Assembly: GCF_003918875.1 (NCBI RefSeq)
Contig: NW_025767102.1
Location: 682,001-746,000, forward strand
Direction of reading: 5' to 3'
Source of the DNA: Haliotis rubra
Lineage: Eukaryota
DNA: 64,000 bases
Part shown: piece after piece, positions 11,621-23,437 of the stretch
How the letters are laid out: every line of letters starts with the position of its first letter
Position numbering within the stretch: the stretch's first letter is position 1
Position numbers and translations under genes: made by a program
The notes under the pieces: generated by a model
What the model was told of the DNA's origin: nothing
Seen by the model: only the letters and a program-made list of their open reading frames with translations
Database searches by the model: none

Positions 11621-13374
11621 CTGAATATTTTACTTGCCTTTAGATGTGTATGTGACCGGTGTCGCTAACAGTGATCTCTAAAGACATGATGATGATTCTA
11701 TTCCATTCTATTCTCATGAATGGTGCAGCAACTCTGGTTTTGACAGAAATGTCCTGAGTCCAAGGAAAGGGTTTTGTTGCAAACGTCTTCTCCACGTTTT
11801 CTGATTTTTATCGGTTTTGTTCCAATTCGCCGAACAAAATATATGGATGCGATCCAGTTGTACGGGATTGCAGTTCTAGTACCAGTACCAGCTTCGGTCT
11901 GGCTAAAGGAATATGATATGCGGATCATGATGCGCTTATACGCAACGTAAAGTAGACATAAAACATTTTGCGTGAGACCTGTATCAAACATTCAGATCAC
12001 TAAGGGAAGCGCAAACACGAAACACATGAATACATTAGTGGTGATGTAATTTCTGGTGTGTAGCCATCTTCCAATATATCTCCGCTTCAAAACAGACACA
12101 ACTGTTTTGGTGTTGATATTACCATTCTATTCCTGCAAAGGGTAATTCTTTAGTAGTTCTCATAAAATGCACACTTCAACACGTTATATACCCATAATCG
12201 TGGCTGTTAGCAATATGCAATATGCTTTCTTCGCATTCACAAACAGCTTTTCTTTTCACATAATACACAAATACAGTTGGTATCATTATTCAAGATAACC
12301 AGTTTACATTTGCATTTATATGAAAACATTTGCATAATATCTACACTGATTGATTACATTGGCTGATTATGTAAATCAGAAACTGACGCCATTAATCACT
12401 TCTAATGACCTTGACCTCATGTGTCTCTTCTTAACTCACAAGAACTACTGTTTCCAGTCATTCAAAATATGCGGTCAGCTTATTCTTTAAGCAATTGAAA
12501 AGTGTGTTTAACATAATCAGAAATACAATTACCACAGTCAGAACATTCGAGGTATGTCATCAAGTGTATTATTTACTTATTATTATATATTATTATACAC
12601 TTAATTAGGCAGTTAGGCAATATGTTGAAATATTGCTGACTAGTGTAACACAACATTCAAACCCATGGTAGGCGGGGATGGTATTGTGAATATATTCTGT
12701 CCTCGATATTCCATGGGTAAAACTCACTAATGTGTGGTTGCAGAGCTCCAAGATTTCATTGCATACTTTCATAAACTTCATGATTATAATTATACTCGTT
12801 TTTCTTTGATCTTTATCACGGTGTCGAGTTTCTCACTGAAAGATTATTTCAAATCTGAACATCGGAGTCAGTTGTCTCACATTCCTCATCACCCCTGGGA
12901 TTGCCAGCCACTGATTGGATGCGTCCTTACACCAGTGATGGCATTTAGAAAGCTTGTGTGTGGTCGTGCAACCATCTAGACTAACGCTTGAAATCAATAA
13001 TAGAATCACACCAATATACTGATGCTTTTCGAAGAGGCACGGTAATTTCTTTGTTCATTAATGAAACAAAAATAAGTGTTTCCAATCGAGCGCAAGTTCT
13101 TTAAAGGCATGGTGGTGCTTCATCAATCGTCGGAGTAGTTTGCCATAGCAATCTTGGTTCTTTTCGTCACTGTTTTCATCATTTCATTCCATGCGTGTGA
13201 TAATTTATAATGCTGTGTTTTACAGGCGTTTAGATGACAGTGTAGTTATGCATGTGAAGTCATCCCCTAAAATACATGTTGCACAACAGTCACATCACTA
13301 CATGATACAACGTGGTGACAGTGACATCATGTTCATCTTTGTAAGTTCAGTAAAGTTTGACGCTATATCAACAT

Positions 13375-13900
13375 ATACATAACACAAAATGCCTGTCTGT
13401 GACACTATGTGAACATTCCATTTTACACAAGGTGCTTGTCTGACGCTGTATGACCACATCCTTTACACAGGGTTTTTTGTTTGTGACGCTATACGAACAC
13501 ATACTTGACACAAGGTGCTTGTCTTTGACGCTATACGAACAAAATTACTTTACACAAGGTGCTTGTCTGACGCTGTATGACCACATACTTTACACAAGGT
13601 GTTTGTCTGTGACGCTATACGAACACATACCTTACACAAGGTGATTGTCTGACGCTGTATGACCACATACTTTACACAAGGTGTTTGTCTGTGACGCTAT
13701 ACGAACAAAAATATTTTACACAAAGTGCTTGTCTGACGCTGTATGACCACATACTTTACACAAGGTGCTTGTCTGTGACGCTATACGAACACATACTTTA
13801 CACAAGGTGCTTGTCTGTGACGCTATACGAACACATACTTTACACAAGGTGCTTGTCTGTGACGCTATACGAACACATACCTTACACAAGGTGCTTGTTA
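13375..13900 (+). repeat. 40/42-bp minisatellite, ~12-13 units
   Basis: GTGACGCTATACGAACACATACTTTACACAAGGTGCTTGTCT units; orthologous to the large array at 43860. Confidence 0.95.
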
Positions 13901-15159
13901 TATTACCTGAATATTACCCGTGTCTGTGAAGTTGTATGAAGATAAAACTGGGGTTTTGTATTCTTAAAATAGACGTACACAAGACAGTACACGGTGATTC
14001 CATATGAAAACTCTGAATGCACAATGACAGACATGGTACGTGTGAAATCATAGGCAGCTTTAAAGGATCAATACACGTATCTAGATAATTTTCAAAAGGG
14101 TTCTTTCTTTCTTTTTAACCATTGGATTAACAACTTATGTGCGAGAAATCAGTTTGCAGCCAATTTGATGAACAGCTTTAACAACAGCTGTTTTACTCAA
14201 TTTAACAACTCATTCAATCTAGTGAGTAAACTCACTATTACACTATCTCCTATCATAACTGTCATGTGTTAATTGTATAACGTCAGTCTTGTCACAACTG
14301 ACTTCGCATATGTCAATGTAATTATATTTGGCAGGGGCAAGACATATCCCTTGTACGTTGTCCGTGTATAACAAGACGATGCATTTTTGTCATGATAACT
14401 CACAGTATCTAAATGCCTGTACAACTCCTTTAAAACAAGAGTAATTGTCATTTACCGGTGGTCGTCAAGGTGACCACCACACGTGTCTTTATCCAACGAC
14501 TGGATGCTATCAACTAATTCATTTATACATTCAGTGACATTTAGGTGAGAGGTAAATAGATTACTTAACCAGTGAGTCGTCATGTGCCATAGTTTCTTTA
14601 AGACAGCGCGTCAGTTTCTCATTAGAGAAAAAACAACTTTCAGTGACTTTAAGAAAATTGACGGGATTTGTGTCAATTCAGACAAACTTTGTGCGTCCCT
14701 TGTTACTAACACCTCTGTGTTACAAATATTTGTGGGGAAAAAACATTGTGCAATTTTAAAAGTTGTCGTCGAGATGATTCCCTTTTTAGCACCTATCATA
14801 TATACAGCGACGACGATCGTTATGAACGTCATAAACACGTCCCAGGCTTACAAAGTGTTTTAGGTTTAGCTGAAAAAGTCTTGTTTAATCTCGTGTATGC
14901 AGTATTCACTGCAGAGACGATTAATGTCAAAAGCATTCAGTGGAACATCGTTAAGTGTGTTTCCAAATTCAAAACCTATACAGTGTCTGTGCCATTTGTA
15001 CTGATTGGTTCTTGAAAACGCAAGAAAAATGTGCTGGGATTTGGACAGCCGTCAATGCTGATTCATCTTCAGACACGACAGCCTGTATACTTCTCGTTAT
15101 TGGTATTCATGTTAGATCTCGACAGCTTCAGTTTTGGTCGTAGACAGGTTTCATTTTTT

Positions 15160-15352
15160 GCTTTGTTTGATAATTGTTTAACGCCGCATTCGGTGGTCTG
15201 TAAATAATCGAGTCTGGACCAGACAATCCAGTGGCCAGCATCATGAGCATTGATCTACGTAATCATCGTGATCTACGATGTCATGAGTCAACCAAGTCTC
15301 TTACCACAAGCATATGTTGCTGAAGACCAATTCTAACCCGGATCTTCACTGG
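15160..15352 (-). mobile_element. headless SINE family A with internal deletion (shared with 32225-32418, absent from copy 3)
   Basis: Family A sequence with the same deletion in copies 1 and 2. Confidence 0.8.
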
Positions 15353-17975
15353 TTTTGTAGACATGAGTATGGGTAAGACTCGCGTCCTGTATTTTTAGAA
15401 CAGGGAACTGTGTTTAGCATGTAAATCTTATGACGAGGTCGATCATGTCGCATAGCAAATACGTTTTAGTTATTCAGTTGAAAATAATGCTCTCATACTA
15501 ACATATAGGATCATTTCTTCACATTTTGGTGCAACTAGATCCATCAAATCAAATTTAAAAGTTGGAAATGAAAGTGACGCCCACCACACTTACCACTGCG
15601 ACACACAGTAGCTGCCATCACTGTTACAAAATGAGAGACAAACGATTGAAATAACGAAACATGTCGGTATTAGAAATAATTAATGCTGCCAAATTATTGA
15701 AATGAAACCGTTATATTGTATACACTATATGACATTGTATCCAGAAACTGTCTGTGTCGACACGTTTGGGATGCCACTCAATACCATGGACTGACTGACT
15801 GAGTTTGGTTTTACGCCGCTTTTAGCAATAGTCCAGCAACATCACGGCGGCAATACCATGGAAGGTGGAACGTTTTTTAATTAAAACGACTGCCAACATC
15901 TTTTATTTGTCATAACGTCCTTGGCCTTATTCCTGTCCTTATCCTCTTTGGACATTCATACAAAAATAGCCTGGACAAGTACAGGATAGGGATATTGTTG
16001 AATCATTATATTTATGAAACGGATGATCTGAAAAAAATCGGCTTCGGATACTTTCTCAGGCTAAATGATTTTTAAAAATACAGCTAAAAGTATGTTTTAA
16101 GAAGTTTCCACACGCTCTAAACAACGTGATGGTGCTTAATCGTACAATTGGACTGCCATTCACATCACCGACTTCAAATCTCTGACAGCACCAGTTACCA
16201 GCACTCGACCCAGTCAGCAGGGGCAGGTTGACTCAATCCTTTGAGACGTTGCATGTGATACAAGTGTCATCCAATCGATGAAACTGACACGGAGGACTGT
16301 CATACTGACGTTGCGATGACAATCAGAGGTGCTTTCTACATGTGCTGGCGAAGCATGGTGGAAAATCCGTCTAATAATGACATTACCTGTATTGTGTATA
16401 TGTATAGATTGATGGATGGAACTAGTGAGTGAAACAAACAGGGGAAGAACAATATAAGTACTAGACTACCTAGGAACTCATTCTTGGTCATTGTCATATG
16501 ATCATAGTGGTTTTCAACTTATTATTATAAACAAATTCAAAGATTTGCCATTCATCAGTTCCCTGCTGATGGTACAATCGTGCAACGAATCCGTAAGAAT
16601 AACCATTTGTGGACCGTGTCTGATTCCAGGTAAGATTTGTGTGTTTGTTTGGGTTTGTAACGCAGCACTCATTAATATTCCATTTATGTGACAGTGGTCT
16701 GTAAATAGTGGACAAGACAGTCCATTGATTAACATCATGAACATCGATCGACGCAATTGGGGAACGATGAAGTGCATCAACCAAATCAGCGAGTCTGACT
16801 GCCCGACCCCGTTAGTAGCCTTTTATGACAAGCATGGGTTGCTAAGAGCCAATTGTAACATGGATCTTCACGGTTTCCAGATAACGGTAATGTAGTGTTG
16901 TAAATGGCCTTGATCTCATATGTTTGTTGATATTCGCGAAAAATGCAGGAAAACATATATGTTACATGTTACCAATTACCGATAACAAATTGCCAGGCAA
17001 AAGAAGGTTTTTATAAAACAATTAAAAACGCTATCAAAACATTACCTGGTTCACAACTCCAAACTTAATCTCCAAAGCAAAACTAGATAACCGTAACAAA
17101 CATATACAACGCTGTCGAATGCTTATTTTTTGTTTTATCTAATTTTAGACCCATTAAAAACATGTGTATAATTTATTTTATCCGGCAGTTTACCTGGTCC
17201 CCAGTTTGCCTTGACAGACAAGAGTAGTTTGATTTTTGCAAAAGTTTAGTGAACTGAACAATCCATTCTATGGAAGGCAACAGGCCCGTTTTGCTTTAGC
17301 AGAGTTCATGGGCATTGCATACGGCGACGGGTGAAATACATTGTTTGTGTTTGTAAATTATGATAAATGCTGGACAACAGAAACAGACAACTAGTTATAG
17401 CAAATGAGTGAGTGAGTGAGTTATTATTTAACGTCACATCGGCAATATTTCAGCCATATCGTGACGAGAACATTTGACATTGTAGTGGAATATGTATATA
17501 TTATAAAACCTGTCATCGAAGGACAGTAAAACAACTAGAATATCACACTTGGATTTAAAACTAGTGTGTAAGGTTAAAACTAATAGCACTATTAGGACAA
17601 TACAAGATAAAAACAGGCTATAGATCGCCAACAACTGAAGGTCGATCACCATACTAGGGACCATGGGGACTTACAGTACCTTGGCTACCTGCATGGACCC
17701 TAGTTGGATTTACACCATCCGTTCAGCTGCTGGCGATTGCAAGAAATGTTAGCTACAATTAAAATGACAAAAATGCTACGTTTAAAAATCCTGGTAAGTT
17801 TAAATTGACTTTCGAAGTTTTTGGACTTACGTACCCCCTCAGGGGGACAATATTTTTACGATTCTTCAACCCCCCTTGAGAGTACAGCCACTAACAATCT
17901 AAGTTACTAATCAAACTACCAATTATTAAAACACAGCTATTTACAGAACATATTAATCAAAATTCATTAATGAAA

Positions 17976-20900
17976 TCAATTTCTTTTAAAAAAACCAAGA
18001 ATTAAATGAAGATGAACAGAATTAAAAAGATCCTTAACAGTTTTAACATTGAAATATTTATCCCTTATGATGGAGAATTCAACACAGTCAAGCAGGAGAT
18101 GCTTGACCGTGACTCTCTCATCACAAGGGATACAAAACGGAGGATCTTCACTATTTAACAAATATTTGTGAGTGTACCTTGTATGGCCAATACGACATCG
18201 TCGCATGATGACCTCTTCAAATCTGGACTGACAACCCAAGTAAGTGTAACCGATATAGGGTTTTATTGCATGTAATTTATTAATACCTACTTGGGTGTCC
18301 CACTTCTTCTGCATCAGATCACGGATGTAGGTTCTAATGCAAGCTTTGTAATCAGAGTAAGGAAGAAGAAGTGGTGTCACAGATTTATTTAGTGCTGCCT
18401 TGGCAGCAAGATCGGCCATTGTATTCCCAGAAATGCCAACGTGGCTGGGTAACCAACAGAAGACGATGTCGCATTGGCCTGTAGCAAGATCATTATATAA
18501 TTCGATTATTTCAATTAAAAGTGGATGTTTGCAAGAGAGATTTTTAATAGCCTGAAGGCAAGAAAGAGAGTCTGAAAATATTATATACTGGTTATGTTTT
18601 GGATGTCTTTGAATATATTTAAGAGCTGTTAAGATGGCGTTTGCTTCTGCTGTAAATATAGAGCTGTTATCAGGTAGTCTAGAAGATATTGTTCTGGCTC
18701 CAATGACAGTGGCACATGCCACTGCGCCACCGTCCTTGGACCCATCTGTAAATAAGGATTTGTATGTGTTATATTTGATTTTTAATTGATTATATTCTTG
18801 TTTATACTGTAATTCATTAGTTCCAGATTTCTTAAATTTTGTCAGAGTTAGGTCAACTTCAGGCCTAACCAATTGCCAAGGAGGAGAAGAAAGAAGACGG
18901 GAAGGAGCTATATTCTCCAGCTCAATGCCGGCAGCAGTAATAAATGGCTTCATTCTGAGCCCCAAGGGCGGAACAAGAGAAGATTTATTGTTGTACAAAT
19001 CCTCATAAAGAGGATTAAAGATACAATGAAATGCAGGATTCGATTCGTTAGAATATAGTTTTGTAAGATATTGTAAAGATAATTTTATACGTCGATGGGC
19101 AAGAGAAGGCTCATCTGCTTCGACGTAGAGACTGTCAACTGGAGAAGTTCTAAAAGATCCAAGACAAAGTCTCAGACCTTGGTGGTGGACAGAATCAAGT
19201 AGTTTTAGATTGCTTTTGCAGGCTCCACCATATACGATGGAGCCATAATCAAGTTTCGAGCGGACCAATGAGCGATATAGGTGGAGGAGGGTAGCTTGAT
19301 CCCCTCCCCACTTTGTGTTGGAAACAACTTTCAACAAGTCAAGTGCCTTCAGGCATTTAGTTTTAAGGGATTTAATATGTGGCAGAAACGTTAAGTGCGA
19401 GTCAAAAATAATACCCAAGAACTTGGCCTCCTTCACAACTTTAATGGGAGTGCCATTTAGAGAGAGTTCAGGGTCTTTATGCGGTTTGTATTTACGGCAG
19501 AAATGTATACAATTAGTTTTGGATTTTGAAAATTTAAAGCCGTTTTCAAGACACCATTTATTTATCTTGTTTAAACACAACTGCAGTTGCCGTTCAATAG
19601 TATGCATTTTCTTACCGCGACATGAAATATTAAAATCATCCACAAAAAGTGATCCATCAATTGAATCGTTTAAAACCTTGGATAAACTGTTGATCTTTAC
19701 GCTAAATAAAGTGACAGACAAAATACTGCCTTGTGGGACACCCTGATCCTGATTGTAATGGTCAGACAAGGTTGAACCCACTCGGACTTGAAAGTGCCTG
19801 TCTTTTAAAAAATTGTGAGACAAAATGAGGCAAACGACCTCTTAAACCGAAATCATGCAAATCTTTCAAAATGCCATGCTTCCAAGTAGTATCATACGCT
19901 TTCTCCAGATCGAAGAAAATTGATACTACGTGTTGTTTATTTACAATTGCATTTTTTACATAGGATTCTAATCGTACCAAATGGTCGATAGTACTTCGGT
20001 TTTTCCGGAAACCACATTGAATATTAGTAATGAGATTATTGGTTTCCAAATACCACACTAAACGATTATTTACCATTCGTTCCATAGTTTTGCAAACACA
20101 GCTAGTCAAGGATATAGGTCGATAATTAGATGCATCTGAATGGTCTTTGCCAGGCTTAGGTATAGGAACAACAATAGCATTTCGCCAAGAAGGAGGGAAT
20201 TTCCCTGAAGTCCAAATTTCATCAAAAATGTCTAAAAGCACTTCAAGACATGATGCAGGCAAATGTTTCAGGAGCTGATAGTGAATATTATCAGCCCCTG
20301 TTGCTGTATCATGAGCCTGCCCAAGGGCAGCTTGTAGCTCATGTAGTGAAAATACTTCGTTGTAATCTTCTCCGTTTTCGGAGTGGAAATTAATGTTTTT
20401 CTTTCCTCAGTTTTCTGATATTTCTGAAATTCGGGAAGATAGTTTGATGAAGCCGAGTGTTGAGCTAATGTTTCGCCAAGTTTGTTTGCAATGTCGGAAG
20501 CATCTTCAAGAAAGTGATCTCCTTCCTTAATATGTTTAACACTCGGTTTAGAACCTTTGCCTTTGATCCTTTGGGACCATATTCCACACCTTTGATATAG
20601 GTGTGTGGAATTAATCTTGGAGACGTAGGTTCTCCATGATTGACGTTTATTTTGTTTGAAGGTACGGCGAGCTTTAGCTCTGGTTACCTTAACGTTATTC
20701 AAATTATGTACAGTTGGATGCTTGCGGAAATATTTTTCCGCTTTTTTCCTATTTTCCTAGCCTGTTTGCAGTCGCCATCAAACCATGGCTTACGAATGTG
20801 TGGATTTGCAGAGGACTTAGGAATGGAATCGGTAGCTATAGCATTCAGTTCATCTGAAAACAACTGAATGGGGTCAGCAATATTCTGGAACTTTGTATGT

Positions 20901-21646
20901 TTCAATTTCTCAGTACATAACGAACTGAATTGAGACCAGTTAGCCTTTGAAAAATTCCACCTTGATGAGGGTGGAACGTCAGACGGGTTATTTACTGTTA
21001 GAAATGTAGGAAAGTGGTCACTGCCACATAAATCATCATGAACTGACCACGAAAATTCATGTAGAAGGGTCGCATCAGTGAGTGTAAGGTCCAAGGCAGA
21101 ATAGCTACCCGTTGCAGGGTGTAAATATGTATGAGTACCATCATTAAAAATACAAAGACTATTGTCAGAAATGAAATCCTCCAATACTTTGCCCTTGGTA
21201 TTAATACCATTACCTCCCCATAAAGGATTATGTCCATTCAAATCCCCCATGAGTATGCAGGGCTGAGGGAGCTGGTCATATAGAGATTGAAGTTCAGATT
21301 TCTGGAGGTTTGAAGATGGAGGGATATATAAAGAGCATACAGTAAATGCAATGTGTAAAGTTAGTCGGACTGCAACAGCCTGAAGATTCGTAGTAAGTTG
21401 AACAGGGCTGTGTATTATGCCCTGCCTCACTAAGATAGAGGAGCCTCCATTGGCTTTGCCACCCGGGGGTGAAAAGGAATGATGAGAATTGTATTGACGT
21501 AAGTCAAATGTATCTGTCTGTTTAAGGTATGTTTCTTGGAGACAGAAAATTGATGGCTGAAAATCTTGTACTAATAATTGTAGTTCATTTAAATTGGCTC
21601 TAAGTCCTCTGCAGTTCCACTGGATAAGTGTATTACCCTGACTCAT
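17976..21646 (-). CDS. LINE ORF2: AP endonuclease, reverse transcriptase, RNase H, C-terminal CCHC; split by a few frameshifts
   Basis: QWNCRG, CLQET, GDLNGH, SDHFP (APE); YRPISLTS, FFDLEKAYD, QGVPQGSILS, FVDD (RT); FTDGSK, AEANAI, FSDSLS, WLPSHVGISGNTMAD (RNase H); CIPC..KHLLLDC. Frame changes between ~20720 and ~19800. Confidence 0.93.
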
Positions 21647-21647
21647 G

Positions 21648-22841
21648 TTATATTAGGTGGTAGTACAGGGATCTGGACCGTGGCGAATGACTATTGTGAC
21701 GCACACGGTGGTGTGGAGTGACATCCATGTCCTCCAGAAGTTGATATTTGTTAAATATTTGTACCGGATCCCGTTGACCTTTCGGTACTCGATCCGATTT
21801 TTGGGAATAGTTGACTGACTTGCTGGCATTTACTATTACAGGTGACGGTGAACGAGATTGTTTACGCGATGGTGATTTTGTTTGCGTAGATGCAACATTT
21901 TTCGTTTGACGTATTGAATATTTCGCAGTCTTCACCCAGGTGATATCGGTCTGGCACTCTACAGATTTAACAGTCTTAGTAGGCTGACGGGTAACTACTG
22001 CAGAGTATGATACAGATGCAGTTGGAGTGTTAGCAGATGTTACCAAACGTTTAGCCTCTGCAAAAGAGATACTCTTTTCATGCTTCAGTTTAACAATTTG
22101 ATGTTGTAGTTGCCAGACTGGGCAGGATTTTGATGAAGCAGCGTGGTCCCCAGAACAATTAGCACATTTAGGGCTGTTTGGGCAGTCTAAAGTGTCATGC
22201 GCAGGTTCTCCACAACGGTGACATTTCTTGCTATTGGTACATGATTGGGCACCATGACCAAACTTTTGACATGAGTAACACCGAAGTGGATTTGGTATGT
22301 ACTTGTCTACACCAATATTACAGTAACCTGCTTTGATGGATGGTGGTGGAACTGGAACAGAAAAGGTAAACAGATAAGTATTCAACTTAATAGTTTGACC
22401 ATTCTGCCTGCTTGTAAAACGTTTCACAAACGTTACACCCTGGTCGTTCAGTTCAGAAGCTATCTCATCCTCAGACATGTCTGCTAGACAACGGTCTCTA
22501 TCTCTGACAATGCCCTTGGAACTGTTGAGAGTTTTGTGTGGTGACACAGTAACTGGTACGGAAACAAGATGTTTGACAGCCAATAGTGTAGCTGATTGAA
22601 AGGCTGATTTACATTCTAGTAAGATACAGCCAGATCGCATCCTTTTCATTGACACAACATCACCAGCGATACCATAAATCGCTTTTGATAGAGCAAACGG
22701 ATTCAATTTCAATGGACCATCATCCGGAGAAGAAATCACCAAAAATCGAGACCAATGGTCAGATTTGTTTTTTGAGACGGTGTCATCATCAGAAGATGTA
22801 CTATCTTCTAAAGTACGTTTGAGTTGTTTTGGAGGTATCAT
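21648..22841 (-). CDS. LINE ORF1, gag-like nucleic-acid-binding protein
   Basis: YIPNPLRCYSCQKFGH..CHRCGEPAH..CANCSGDHAASSKSCP (three CCHC knuckles); stop is 1 nt before the ORF2 ATG. Confidence 0.93.
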   Translation of the reverse strand: MIPPKQLKRTLEDSTSSDDDTVSKNKSDHWSRFLVISSPDDGPLKLNPFALSKAIYGIAGDVVSMKRMRSGCILLECKSAFQSATLLAVKHLVSVPVTVSPHKTLNSSKGIVRDRDRCLADMSEDEIASELNDQGVTFVKRFTSRQNGQTIKLNTYLFTFSVPVPPPSIKAGYCNIGVDKYIPNPLRCYSCQKFGHGAQSCTNSKKCHRCGEPAHDTLDCPNSPKCANCSGDHAASSKSCPVWQLQHQIVKLKHEKSISFAEAKRLVTSANTPTASVSYSAVVTRQPTKTVKSVECQTDITWVKTAKYSIRQTKNVASTQTKSPSRKQSRSPSPVIVNASKSVNYSQKSDRVPKGQRDPVQIFNKYQLLEDMDVTPHHRVRHNSHSPRSRSLYYHLI

Positions 22842-23294
22842 GGTAAGTTAATAAAGGTTCATCATCCCAGCTCCCCACCCACCACGGAGTATCAGGAAGA
22901 CAATGCCATATGCCAGTGGGTGTCCAACTAGCAGCACCAAGGATACTGGGATGATATACTCCAGCAGAAGTATCAATTCAAGATCAATAAATCCACCAGA
23001 TTGACCCATGAGCCATCGCCTTCTGGGCATTAAGACTCTAGGTAATTACATTTTGATCTATGTAGAATCAATAAAAACATTGTAGGTCTATAAGTGATTT
23101 GACCAAGACCCCATGGCAAGCACTAGAAAATATCAATATTGTGCAAAAAACAAGTAACATGCACAGGGCTCGGCATGACCAGCCGATTGGTAGAACCGGG
23201 CCCATTCTACCACCCGTCTAGGTGAAGTAAGGGTCGAAGTGGTGTATTGGGCAAAGGAACACTGTTCCTGGAGCCCTTGCCCTCAACCACCAGA

Positions 23295-23375
23295 ATCCCG
23301 TCCTCCACCGACACAGGGGCGCAACCCACGGCAAACGGGTTGGTGGACCTAATATCCCCCCGGGTCCACAACGGG
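23295..23375 (-). promoter_or_regulatory. structured 5' UTR motif of the LINE, shared with the 5' end of SINE family A
   Basis: CCCGU-U-GUGGACC-CGGGGGGAUAUUA-GGUCCAC-CAACCC-GUUUGCCGU...ACGGGAU versus SINE CCCGU-GAAGAUC-CGGGUUAGAAUU-G(G/A)UCUUC-AGUAACCC-AUGCUUGUCGU...ACGGGAU. Confidence 0.6.
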
Positions 23376-23378
23376 GGT

Positions 23379-23437
23379 TGAAGGGCGCTTAGCGTGACCC
23401 AGCACCCACCACGAGGAGGTGGCCCTTCATGGGTGCC
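23379..23437 (-). ncRNA. HDV-like self-cleaving ribozyme (minimal, essentially no P4) at the LINE 5' terminus
   Basis: GGCACCC A UGAAGGGC C ACC UCCUCGU GGU GGGUGCU GG GUCACG CUAA G C GCCCUUCA. P1 is 7 bp with a G1.U wobble, P2 is 8 bp, P3 is ACC/GGU, L3 is UCCUCGU with P1.1 CC/GG, J4/2 is CUAA (candidate catalytic C at 23392). G1 abuts the TSD. Confidence 0.85.

Larger units (their letters stand above)
4750..15630 (+). repeat. tandem segmental duplication unit, copy 1 (~11 kb)
   Basis: Colinear homology with copies 2 and 3. Anchors: 4760/15860/34460, 7850/26690/36450, 10100/28300/40620, 12770/30740/43245, 15595/32625/48425. Confidence 0.9.
17408..23437 (-). mobile_element. full-length (~6.0 kb) I-group (Nimb/Ingi-like) non-LTR retrotransposon
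   Basis: 12-bp target-site duplication TATAGCAAATGA at 17396-17407 and 23438-23449; 3' (ACTC)n tail; ORF1 plus ORF2 with APE, RT and RNase H. Confidence 0.95.
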
